The notes under the pieces: generated by a model
Seen by the model: only the letters and a program-made list of their open reading frames with translations
What the model was told of the DNA's origin: nothing
Database searches by the model: none
Part shown: positions 52,650 through 64,000 of the stretch, in pieces
Position numbering within the stretch: the first letter of the stretch is position 1
Layout of the letters: the number at the start of each line of letters is the position of its first letter
Made by a program: the position numbers and the translations under genes
Assembly: GCA_964247055.1 (NCBI GenBank)
Contig: OZ176056.1
Coordinates: 7,254,001-7,318,000 of the forward strand
Direction: 5' to 3'
From: Paragordius varius
Lineage: Eukaryota > Animalia > Nematomorpha
DNA length: 64,000 nucleotides

Positions 52650-54684
52650 TCTAATATAAAAATGGAAAATGCTGGCTTTGTGATCAGTTTCCGGAAAACC
52701 GGTAGACCCATTCAATTCCTAATGTGCAAAATATATAATCATTAATGAATGCGATAATAGCTTCGCCCTTTTTTTAAATTAGGCCCTTCGGGTCCATCCC
52801 GTGTAAAAATACAAAAATCGTGTCTTTAAGACAATTTTCCTGAAAACGTGTTGGACCATTCGATATCAAATATGATTTTGTTACTTATTATCAATTGCAC
52901 CGAACATAGTCGGCTCGCTTTTTAATTTAGGCTCTCTTTTTACCCGCTCCCCCGGTAAAATGCCATTTTTTCAAAAATAGTCCACAAAAATAATTTTTTG
53001 AATCTCTTTTTCGCCCAGGGTATGAGACCGTAAAAATTTAATGAGGATTCCAGGTATTCCCCTATAAAAGGCAAACATTTTAGTTGCGCATGTTTTTTAT
53101 ATTGGCTGCTGGGCAAGGAGATATCCGCTAAAAACTGCCCCGTCATATCGAAATAGAGTGTCTTTGGGACTATATTGCAGAAACCTATCAGGTTAAATGA
53201 GTTCAATAGGTGCTTAAAAGATTACCCGTAAAAAGGCAAAAAGTCATGCGGTTTTTTAAAATTAGCCATTAATTAGACCCTTTACGCCCTGAAATATGCG
53301 CCACCATAGAATGATTTTTTAGTTTTGAGGCAATTTTTTCAACTAATGAGAGCAAATGGCAATCCTGATCTCAGGTATTCTCCGTAAAAAGGCAAAAATT
53401 AAGCGCTTTTTTGTATCAGCCTCTAGGTAAGGAGTTACCAGCCTAAAACTGCCCCGCCATATCAAAATTGCGTTGTTTTGGAGTTATTAAAAACTTATCA
53501 GGCCACATAAGTTAAATAAGGGCCTAAAATATTACCCGTAAAAATGCAAATATTTAATCATACGGTTTTTTAAAATTATCCCTTAATTAAGCCCTTGCCC
53601 TAAAAAATTCGCCACCATAGAATGACTTATTGTTTTAGGTATTTTTTTCCAAAATTCCACGAAGCATATGGAAATCATAATTCCAGGTATTACCCGAATT
53701 AAGGCAAAAATTTTAATCGAGAGTTTTTTTGTTTCGCCCCTGGTTAGGGGGCTACCCGAGTAAACCTGCGTCACCATATTGATACAGCATGCCTTTTACC
53801 AAATTTCAGAAAACCATCCATGATAATTCTAAATATTCCCCTATAAAGGCGAAAATTTGCCGAACGCTTTTTTAAACCTGCCCCTGGGTAGAGATACCCG
53901 CCAAAAACTGCACCACTATATAGAAATGGCATTGTTTTGGAGCTAATTTCCAGATATATTTATGATTCCATATGAGCTCATTAAAATCTTGAAATATAAC
54001 TCGTAACTAGGTAAGGTCGGCCTTTTTTATTAGCCGTTAATTTGGGGCCTTTATGCCTTAAAAATACGCCATCCTATAACGATTATTTAGTGATGAGCCA
54101 TTTTTTCGAATCTCCCATGAGACGATGGTATCAAAGATGATTCCAAATATTTGCCCTATAAAAGCAAAGCATTTAACTCAGCGCTTTTTCCATATAGGTC
54201 TATGGGTAGAGGTTTACCGGTTTGAAACTGAGACGCCATACAAAAATGGCGTGGTTTTGGAGCTAATTTTCAAAAAACTTAAGAACCATACGAGTTCAGT
54301 TAAACTTATTTCTTGGGAATTTGTGTAATATCATCCTTTCCTTTAAGAGGGACCACAAATGATTTACTTTTTATATCCCTTGATCCCAGCTGTGTGGGCA
54401 TTTCAAAAAAAAAACACTTTTAACCATATTTCGTAAAAAGAATATCTTAAAATAAATCCAATGATAGTTGAATATTAACTTAAATAAGTGACAGTTTAAA
54501 TTTGGTCAATTTTGAGTAAACAATATTTGAGCCTATGCAAAAACCCGTAAAAGAATAATTAATGTATTTTTTAATTAAATATGGTTTTTATTATTTTTTA
54601 TCTCTTTTACCTCTATTTATTGCAAATTATTAAGAATAATTATCGGTGAGACTACGTCACAGCGAAGCTGACAGGGCCAGCTAG
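52650..54684 (+). mobile_element. Non-autonomous Helitron, complete copy
   Basis: A|TCTAATATAAAAATGG start; hairpin CAGC-GAA-GCTG then CTAG|T at 54681-54685. Confidence 0.88.
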
Positions 54685-55406
54685 TTATTTTATATATTTA
54701 AAATATTAATTATATATTTTATTTATGTATAAAATATTAAGTGGTAAAAAAAGTATGGTTCTTTTAATCGTACGTTTAATCTGTATAATTTGTATTTTTG
54801 TAAAATTTTAATTACACTCTGCGCAAAATCGAGGGGTATAAAAATTATCTTGATAAAGTATAAATATTTTGATGAAAAATTACGATTCTATTGATGCATT
54901 TGTTTTAAGTCCTATGAGTCATAAAGTTATTTTCAATTTTATGATGAATGATTCATATCGAAAATTAGCGAAGTCGAGCATATTATATTAAAATAAATTT
55001 TTTTAGTTTTAGAAAAAACATTTGTATCGAAATTTGAATAGATATTAGGACCAAAGTCGAAAATTTTTACCCAAAGGACTAATTTTTTATGCGCACAAAT
55101 GCCGAGATTGCGGGATAAAAAATTTTATAAATTGTAGCAAAGTTTTTTTGAAGCGTGATGGTATTAATGTATAGAAATGGTTTTAAAACGCTTTACGATT
55201 ATAAACAACTACCTTTTCTCATAATTCAATGATTAACATTTCTATCCCAGAATTTTGAACAAATTTGTTTGTCTCCCAGTTTTATATAACAATATGTTGT
55301 ATATATAAAAATAACATTCGAATTCGCAAGTAAAATTTTAATCAACATTCTGAAGATGATAAAGTTAAACATCATCATATTAATTTATTTTTGTAATAAC
55401 CTGGCA

Positions 55407-56818
55407 TCATTCAAATCAAAATATCGAAAAAATATAAACAAAAAATGAATGCCCCGACAATAGCTGGGCCCTTTTTTGAATTAGGTCCCCATTTCGGGCC
55501 CACCCCGAAAACGGGTTTTTTGAAAACATAAGTCCACAAAAGATGTATCTTTGAGGCAATTTTCCCAAAAACGAGTTGGACGATTTGATTTCAAATATTT
55601 TTTTTTACTTATTTTCGATTGCGCCGAACATAGTCGGCTCAGTTTTTTTAATTTAGGCCCTATTTTTACCCGCTCACTCGTAAAATGCCATCCATTTTTC
55701 AAGAAAACCAAGTCCACAAAAATAGTTTTTTGAATCTTTTTTAATGAGACCGTAAAAATTTAATGAGGATTCCAGGATTCCCTGTTGAAAGGCAAAAATG
55801 TAAGTCGTGCGTTTTTTAATATTGGCCGCTGGGTAAGTAAATACCCGCTAAAACTGCTCCGTCATATCGAAATAGAGTGCCTTTGGGGCTAAATTATAGA
55901 AAACCTATCACACATGAGTTCAATAGGTACTTTAAGTACCCGTAAAAAGGCAAAAATTTAATTCGAGCGGTTTTTAAAATTAGTCATTAATTAGGCCCTT
56001 TACGCCCTAAAAAATGCGCTATCAGTGAACTATTATTTAGTTTTGAAGCCATTCTTCCAAAAACTATTGAGAACATATGGAATGAATGATGATTCCAGGC
56101 ATTCCCCTATAAAGGTAAAAAATTTTTCGAATGTCTTTTTTATATTGGCCTCTGGGTAGAAGGCTACCCGCCAACAGCTGCGCCACTATATCGATACAGC
56201 GGCCTTTGGAGCCAAATTTCAGAAAACCTATGTGTCTAATAGGAACATAAGGAATTCATGATAATTCCAGATATTCCCAATACAAAGGCAAAATTTTGCT
56301 CAACGCTTTTTTATACCTGCTGGGTAAGGGGCTACCCGAAAAACTGCCCCACTATATAGATATTGCGTTGTTTTGGAGCTACTATACAGAAAATTTATGT
56401 ATGAGTTCATTTTGAAATATTACTCATAACTAGATAAAAAAGGTCATGCGTCTTTTAATCAGCCGTGAATTTGAGGCCTTTATGCCCCTAAAAATACACA
56501 ATCATATAACGATTATTAGTTTTGAGGTATTTTTCGAATAACCCATGAGACCATGGTATCAAATATGATTCCAAATATTTGCCCTATAAAGGAAAGAATT
56601 TAACTCAGCTCTTTTCCATACATGTCTATGGGTAGGGGTCTGCCAGTTTAAAATGGAGACACCATACAAAAATGGCATGGTTACAAGCTGATTGAAAAAC
56701 TTAATAAGACATGCGAGTTCAGTTTAACGCATTTCGGGCCAATTTGTATATTATTCTTTCCTTCAAAAAGGGACCAAAAATAACCTACTTTCTATACAGT
56801 GGTATAAGCTGTGTGAAC
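55407..56818 (+). mobile_element. Helitron copy, 5'-truncated and interrupted near its 3' end by the Gypsy insertion
   Basis: Collinear with the family up to GCTGTGTGAAC (compare 4886-4896), where the LTR begins. Confidence 0.82.
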
Positions 56819-57446
56819 TGTTAGAGTGGTAACTGGCAGGCTAAATTGAATAAACCTTTTATTACACTATTAGATTAACCGCACAAACAACATTCGTTAT
56901 ATATTATTATATGAACCTTTTAACTTATGTGTATAGTATATATAAGGTGACCAGACGTCCCGCTTTTTCACACTTTGTCCCGCGTCCCGCTACGTTTTTA
57001 AAATGTCTCGCTTATTCACGATTATATAAAAAAATTTTTTTTTAATACAAAAAAATTTTTTTTATCCTTAAATTTTTTATCATTAAATATCTTTAAAATC
57101 TATATAAATTTTAAATTAAAAGTTTTTATTTTTAAATTAAAAATATTTTTTTTTTCGAATTTATATCATATGATTATACACTTTCTTTCCTACTACTACT
57201 GTCATCATTATCAAAAAGCCAAGTTAATACCACAATCTAGATTAAAAGAAAAATTGATACCACAAATCGGTACCTTACACGTTTATTCCAGAAAATTAAG
57301 GTAATATAATATTTATTATACTAATATTTTAGTTTTATTACTTGCCAACATTATTAAAAAGCCAAATTGATACCACAAATCGGTACCTTACGTTCAGAAA
57401 ATTAAGGTAATATAATATTTATTATACTAATAGTAGTTAATAAATA

Positions 57447-59285
57447 TGAGCACAAAAAGAGGTTGTAAATTCAAGGATGAATTAATGAAAGATTTTCCTT
57501 TTATCAAAAAACGAAGAATGAATCATCTGTTAAATGTCTTATATGCGAGGGGGAATTCACCCTAGCACATGGCGGCAAGCATGATATTACAAAGCATATG
57601 GAAACACAGAAACATAAAAAATGTTTAAATATGGCGGCATCATCTTACAAAATGAGCGATTTTTTTCGAAAAACCGCTTTTGGAGAGGAAGAAAAGAATT
57701 TGGCACTAGCTGAGGTGTTATCTTATCACGCCGTTCATCACAATATTCCTTTAGATCTATGGACTGTACATAGGTTATTCGCACGTTAATCCATAAAAAA
57801 TTTACATGTGCCCGTACAAAGGCTAAAGGCATTGTGTGCAAATCCCTTCGTCACATGCATTTTCTGAAATACAAAAAGATTTACTGAAAATTAATTTTTT
57901 TATCCCTATACTCTGATGCATCAAATCACCATGAAACAAAATTATTTCCCACTTTAATTAGATATTTTGATTCAGAAACCGGAATAAAAATTAAAATTTT
58001 AGATTTAATTTATCTACCCGGTGAAAATTCCGAAATAATATTTATTCAATAATGCATATTCTAGAAAAAAATAATTTAAAAGACAAAATTATCGCATATT
58101 GCGCTGACTATACCAATACGAACTTTGGTGGAAAAGCAAGGAGGGGAACAAAAAATATTTTTCATAAATTAACAGATTATCTAAATCAAAACATTATTGG
58201 CGTAGGGTGTGCAGCGCATATAATACACAATGCTAATCAAACAGCTACTGATTTGTTACCCCTAGATGTGGAAAATGTAGTTGTTAAAATACTATTTTTA
58301 TATATACACGGTACGTGTTGAAACGCTTAAAGAATTCTGTGAAAATGCAGAAGTTCAATATCAAAAAATGCTTGGATATTGTAAAAATCGTTGGTTAGCT
58401 TTTATGCAGCTATCAAAAGAATTTTAAAAATGTATGATCCTTTAAAATCTTTTTTTTATCACAGGACAAAAGTCTTAAAACTTTAAAAAAAAAATTGAAA
58501 GTAATTCTTCAAAAATATGGTTAAAATTCTTACATAATCAAGCTTCTCTCTTTCAAAATGTTATTAAATTTATAGAAGGTGACAAAATTTCGGCAATCGA
58601 AGTAGTCAATATAGTAACCTAAAATTCCAATGTCAAGAACGGTTAGAAAATAATTTTATACCATTAACCATCCGCAATATAATAAATAATTTAAAAAAAC
58701 AAGGCTTAATAAATCGCCAAGATATCCTGTACCATATAATGTTTAACAAACTGTAAAAATTATTTGGAAGACTGGACGACGCAATTCAAAGAAATTGATC
58801 ATTTTCATTGGATAACATTAAAATCAGAATTTAATTGGTGCGATGTTCAAAAATCATTTGATTATATCTGCTCCCAATAATCAAAAAGTAATCTTTCAGA
58901 AAATGATCTTTTTTCTAAAGTCTCATTAGTTAAAAGATATATTAATAATGAAAAACTTAAATTATGGACAAAAGAAAAATATACAGTAGAAAAGAAATGG
59001 TTGGACATATTTCATCATTTTGAAACCAACTATATTACATACAATAATATTTTGAAAATTGTGGAATTCGCACTATCTTTACCTGGAACCAACGCCGCTA
59101 CTGAGCGCGTTTTTCCACAAAATCAGGTATGGACATCGAAAAAATCAAATTTAAATGTTGAAACTAAAGGCCGTTTTATCTGTCAAATATAATTAGACAA
59201 ATTCTTGTGACGACTTCTGCTAAATATTAAAAAATGATGACAATCTGCTTAAACGCATTCACTCAAACAAAAAATATACCAATGA
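57447..59285 (+). pseudogene. hAT transposase, frameshifted
   Basis: MSTKRGCKFKDEL...HGGKHDITKHMETQKH (zinc-finger-like); YSDASNH; YCADYTNTNFGG; GVGCAAHIIHN; RWLAF; dimerization motif LSLPGTNAATERVF. Confidence 0.9.
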
Positions 59286-59344
59286 ATAAAATATTTTCTT
59301 ATATTTATAAAGTTTTATGTTAAAAAATAAACAAAATAACTTAA

Positions 59345-60150
59345 AATATTGTATAAGTCTTCATAATTTGTCAAATTATATTTGAACACATAAAATGGCT
59401 TTTATTCAACAACATTTAAATTTGATTCCGTGTCCTTATTTAATTTACTGTGGAAAACCGCGATAGCAGTGGTTTAGGTAAAGATAATGCAAATTCTACA
59501 ATTAAAATATTATTGTATGGAACATAATTTGTTTAAAAATGATTATTTAACCATTTCTATCCTACGTATTTTTTTCTGTTGTCCATAATATAAGTTTTTA
59601 TTCAACACATTTATTTAATGATGAGACTTCAAAAAAAAGTGTCATTGTGCACCGTCTTGTCTTCCAAATAATCGTTTCTGTTTGTAAAAACATTTTTAAA
59701 TTCTGGCTATTCATTGAGCCATGTTTTTCTGAATGCTTTATAATATTGCGATTAGGTAATGGTATAAAATTATTTTCTAACCTTTTTTGACATGGAATTT
59801 TGAACTTTGTGTTAGGGTTAGGGTTAGGAAATAGGATTCTAGAAGATCACATTTTTATAAATATTTTAATCGCTGGCAAAAGAGCTAACCAACAGTTCTA
59901 CAATATCCAAACCTTTTAACATCTATATTTTCCACATCCAGGGATAACAAATTAGTAGCTATTTGAATAGCGTTGTGTATCTGCCAATAATGTTTTGATT
60001 AAGATTATTCGCTAAATTGTTAAAAATATTTTTTGTGCCGCTTCTTGCATCACCCAGCGCACTTTGTATTGATTTCGTCTTTATTATTTTTTTCTAGAAT
60101 ATTACAATCACTTCACCCTTTGTTCGCGCACATGTAAATTTATTGAATAA
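59345..60150 (-). repeat. Inverted, internally deleted copy of the same hAT transposase gene
   Basis: Exact inverted anchors: 58641-58666 with 59757-59782 (26 nt), 58184-58201 with 59983-60000 (18 nt), and 59143-59160 with 59410-59427 (18 nt), all in collinear order. Confidence 0.88.
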
Positions 60151-63100
60151 GGTACAAACAACCTGTAAGGTACAAATTTATATTTATAATGTATTTGTGT
60201 TAAAAATAAATAAATATTACAATAAATTTTTTGTATAAAATTTTTGGTTGTACACCCCCCCCTTCTCAGATTTGTCCCGCTTTTTCCTTCAAAAAATCTG
60301 GTCACCTTAAGTATATAATATTACTAAAACCTCACCATCACGTATGACTATTATTATTATACTGAGTTAAGTATAAAAGCAAACATCTCACCTTGATATA
60401 TGTGAATACATTAGACCTAATTATCTTAGATATATATATATATATATATATATATATCATTTACAATCTATATACAATAAATTTACCGTTGACATTACCT
60501 GTAGTTCCCAATTATTATTAGTGGCCAAAACGAGTATGGCAGACGAACCAATGAATATCATAGCTCCTCACGCCAGCATTGCTAATTTATCATTGAAAAC
60601 AATAATATTAAATTCGAAGATTACCTCGAGTATATTAGCCACGTACTTGAGGCAAAGGATATTCCGGTAACCGAAAAAACGCTTAAATCAACTATACTAA
60701 TGGATTCATGATAGGAAAAAGGTAAATAACGCCTATATCCCAAGAAAATAAACGCCACATGGGCGGAAATTACGGAAACGGGAAAAAAATATTCAATCCG
60801 ACAAAATCGAAATTCCAAATCCGGTTTGATAGGCTAGAACGCAACGATGGTGAAAGTTTCACCCAATTCATTGAACGTTAGATAGGAGCAGAAGAAGCTC
60901 AATTCACTGAAGCCATAGAACAGCGTATACGTGATGCGTTCGTAATAGGACTGCGACAACCTCAACTAGAGATGGATATCCATTCCAGGTACCCAGATGC
61001 TTTGATAAACGGTATTCATATCCCATTAGAAACAATCGTAGATCTCGCACTAGCACATGAGGCTGCTACGGCTGGATTACAGAATAACAATAATAGTAAT
61101 AACAAGAGCAATCGATATAGTAACGGCAATAATAATAAATCGGTAACAACACAATAAATCCAATTGACAAACAATTATAAAATCCTTTACTACATGTAAA
61201 TATTGAGGCACCACACACTCACCCAACAAGTGTCCAACCTGGAGACGATCCTGCACCAAATGCCGAAAACTGAACCATTTTGCTAGAATGTGTGTGGCCA
61301 AGAGACAAAGACCCAACTTCAATAGGCAATTATTGAAGGAAGTCAAGGTAGGTCGTAATGCGCAAACACCCTTACGGATAACATTAGTAATAAACGGTTA
61401 AAAAAAGACTTTATCTACGATACCGGTTCGGATATTAGTGTAATAAACTTTGCAGCGCGGGAGCAAATCGGTAAACCCAAGCTGAGACCGACACCACCAG
61501 TGAAATCATACAATAACACCACAGTGCCAATGATGGGGACAGCAAGCGTCAAGGTCCAGGTAAATGGCAAACAAATGGTCGGGGACATATTCCTAAGCAA
61601 AACGATGGGGATGACTCCTTGGATCTGTGGACTGGACTGGATAGCTAAATTCCAGATTGAGATGCCACAGGTTAAAGTTAATTATCTTAAATTAAATGAG
61701 ATTGTGAAAATTTTAAAAACTAATTGAAAAATAAGTTAGGGTGTTATAACGACCCTGTAAAAATTCGCATTGCAGCGAATGCGATCCCGAAAGTATGGCC
61801 ATGTCGCAGGGTGCCTTTCCACTAAGAGAAAAGGTGGCGAAAGAGCTGATGAGGCTAGAAAAGTTAGGCATCTTAGAATCGGTTGATCCTAACATTACAC
61901 GTGACATGGGCCACGCCTACGGTTAATGTACTTAAACCGAATGGCGAATTAAGAATATGTAGTGATTTTCGGGTAAAGATTAATAAGTGGTTACAAGAAG
62001 ACTCCCATATAATCCCCACGTTTGATGAGTTGGTGTCGAAAATAGTTGAAGGTATCACATTCACAAAAATTGATTTTTAAAGATGCTTACCTCCAAATGC
62101 CAGTGGCAGAGGAGTGTCAAGAATGGTTAACAATATCAACACATAAAAATTTTTTAGATACAAACGAATGCCGTTTGGACTTGCCACGGCACCCATCATC
62201 TTCCAACGAGTGATGGAACAAGTGCTGGCTGAAAGTCCGGGGACTTGCGTATGTTTAGATGACGTCCTAGTGACTGGTAGGACGGAAAATGCGCACATCA
62301 ACAATTTTAATAACGTATTAAGTCGTCTCGATAAGGCCGGATTTAAATTAAGACAAGATAAAATAAGGATAGGTGCAGAATCAGTAAACTATTTAGGGTT
62401 TGAAATATCGAAAAAGGGTATAAGCCCATGTCAAAGCAAAAAAGCAATCAAGAAACTAAAAAGGCCGGTAGATAAAAAGTCATTACTTAGTTTTTTAGGT
62501 TTTTTTGACGTTTTATGAACGCTTTATATCAAAATTACAAATGATAGTCGGTCTCTTACATGAATTAACTAGTAAAAATACGAGATGGTTTTGGACCGAG
62601 AAACATGAGAAATGCTGGTTAGCAGCTAAGAATTTGTTAAGCGAAAAAGTGGTTTTTAACACCATATAACCGGAATAGGAAATTGATAATAGAAACTGAT
62701 GCGTCAGATTTAGAATTCGGGTGTATTTTAAGCCATGAACCGATAGCGTATGCCTTACAAAAGTGTAGCAACGCTGAAAGGAATTATTCCACTATTGAGA
62801 AGGAATTAAAAGCAATATTGTTTGCGTTAAGAAAGTCTTAGTTTCGTATATGGTAGAAAATTTATAATATTAACTGACCATTTACCTTTAGTAAAGTTAA
62901 TAAATAGAGATCGAAATTTAAAAGAAATACATAATGCTTAAGTACTAAGTTGAATTAATATGATAAATGAATACGACTTTAAATAAGTCATCAAAAGGGG
63001 GCTCAAAATAGAGCTGGATATTTATCCAGATGGCCGATTGACGAGATCGTTGCCTATGATGAGGATTATGCGGTTACCAGATATCTGAGATTTTTGAATT

Positions 63101-64000
63101 GTCATAACGTGCGGTTAAGGAGAGATGAAATTTGAAAAGAAACCGCATTAGATCCAGTATTGCAAAAAGTAAATAAAGCGTTAAACAACCATGACTGGAG
63201 TTCTCCAGGATTAGAAAAGTTCGTAAACCGTAAAGACGAGTTGGCATATCAATATGGCTTATGAAGTTTAAATGATCGGATTATAATTCGAAGCCCCTCC
63301 AAAAAGAGGTGGTGAGATACCTACACAGCGGTCATAACAACGTAGAGACCATAAAAACGATGGCCAGATTTACGTGTTATTGGCCTGAACTAGAAAATGA
63401 CCTGGTAAAAGCCTGTAGTCAATACGAATCGTGCCAACGTAGTAGGCCGAATGTTACTCAGAATTCCACATATCAGTGGGATCCTAATGTTGCTGTGTAG
63501 GAGCTTTTGCATATTGATATAGCCGGACCGGTAGATGGTTTTTATTGGTTGTTGATAATCGATAGTACCTCGAAATGGGCAGAAGGGTTTATTCTAAAAA
63601 AGGTAACCGCAGCTAATATAATCCACAAAGTAGAAGAGACGTTAGCGATAACGCTTCGTATTTCAGTAATGAGAACTTCACATCAACCTTAATTAGGGGT
63701 GAAACATATTAAGGTTACCCCCTACCATCCTAAGAGTATTGGGATGGTAGAAAGGTTAGTAGGTACTATAAAAAAATACAAAAAAATAAAAAATAATACA
63801 ATATCCACCCATGAAGCGTTTAACTAGCCTATGGGCTTATAGAAATTCGAACTCAACAACGAAAGAAACCCCGGCCCAGTTAATGTTCAAGCGTACTCCC
63901 CATACCCCCTTAACCTGGTTAAATAGTAGGGCCAGATTACCAGATGCACCGACCCCTCGTCGGCAGTTTGCCATTAATGACCAGGTAATGATTAAAAATG

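Larger units (their letters stand above)
56943..60309 (+). mobile_element. hAT (Blackjack-like) DNA transposon, 3367 bp, inserted in the Gypsy 5' LTR
   Basis: TIR TAAGGTGACCAGA...TCTGGTCACCTTA; perfect 8-bp TSD AGTATATA (56935-42, 60310-17); GTCCCG subterminal repeats. The uninterrupted LTR at 1643-1990 shows the empty site. Confidence 0.95.
56819..64000 (+). mobile_element. Mag-like Ty3/Gypsy LTR retrotransposon (5' LTR, gag, PR, RT, RH, IN), decayed, runs off the window
   Basis: 5' LTR from 56819, split by a hAT. gag from ~60536 (IRDAFVIGL; tandem knuckles CKY*GTTHSPNKC and CTKCRKLNHFARMC); protease YDTGSD; RT WATPTVNVLKPNGELRICSDFR, MPFGLATAP, CLDDVLV; RH NYSTIEKELKA; IN HIDIAGP. Same family as 1-1990. 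Confidence 0.93.

Noticed and set aside
3074-55733. Recurring short ORFs (3074, 4220, 50062, 52940, 53583, 54125, 55481, 55551; also 2155 and 52082)
   Set aside because: They fall in non-coding Helitron or MITE copies, with frames not conserved between copies.

Overview
This is very AT-rich eukaryotic (animal) genomic DNA; no rRNA, tRNA or CRISPR features were seen. I assembled four multi-exon housekeeping genes by hand, each with GT-AG introns and consistent phases: GNL3/nucleostemin-family GTPase (-), snurportin-1 (+), FCF2/DNTTIP2 (-) and MTCH-family mitochondrial carrier homolog (-). Two further genes are unassigned: an EGF/EB-module single-pass membrane protein (-) and a partial + strand gene. 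Intron sizes are strongly bimodal, with 22-35 nt micro-introns next to 1.5-2.1 kb TE-filled introns. This suggests a reduced parasitic animal such as a myxozoan, which is inference only. The rest is a dense mix of transposons: two Mag-like Ty3/Gypsy copies, a full-length decayed RTE LINE, six non-autonomous Helitrons, a Chapaev3-like element with ~520-bp TIRs, hAT and piggyBac-like MITEs, mariner relics and 21-bp-repeat foldback elements. The most unusual structures are (i) a hAT element carrying a tail-to-tail antisense deleted copy of its own transposase, nested in an LTR that is itself nested in a Helitron, and (ii) a candidate HDV-like ribozyme whose predicted cleavage G coincides with the TSD-defined 5' end of the RTE. 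Family names come from recalled motifs, not database searches. Most short ORFs in the supplied track are repeat-derived or antisense noise.
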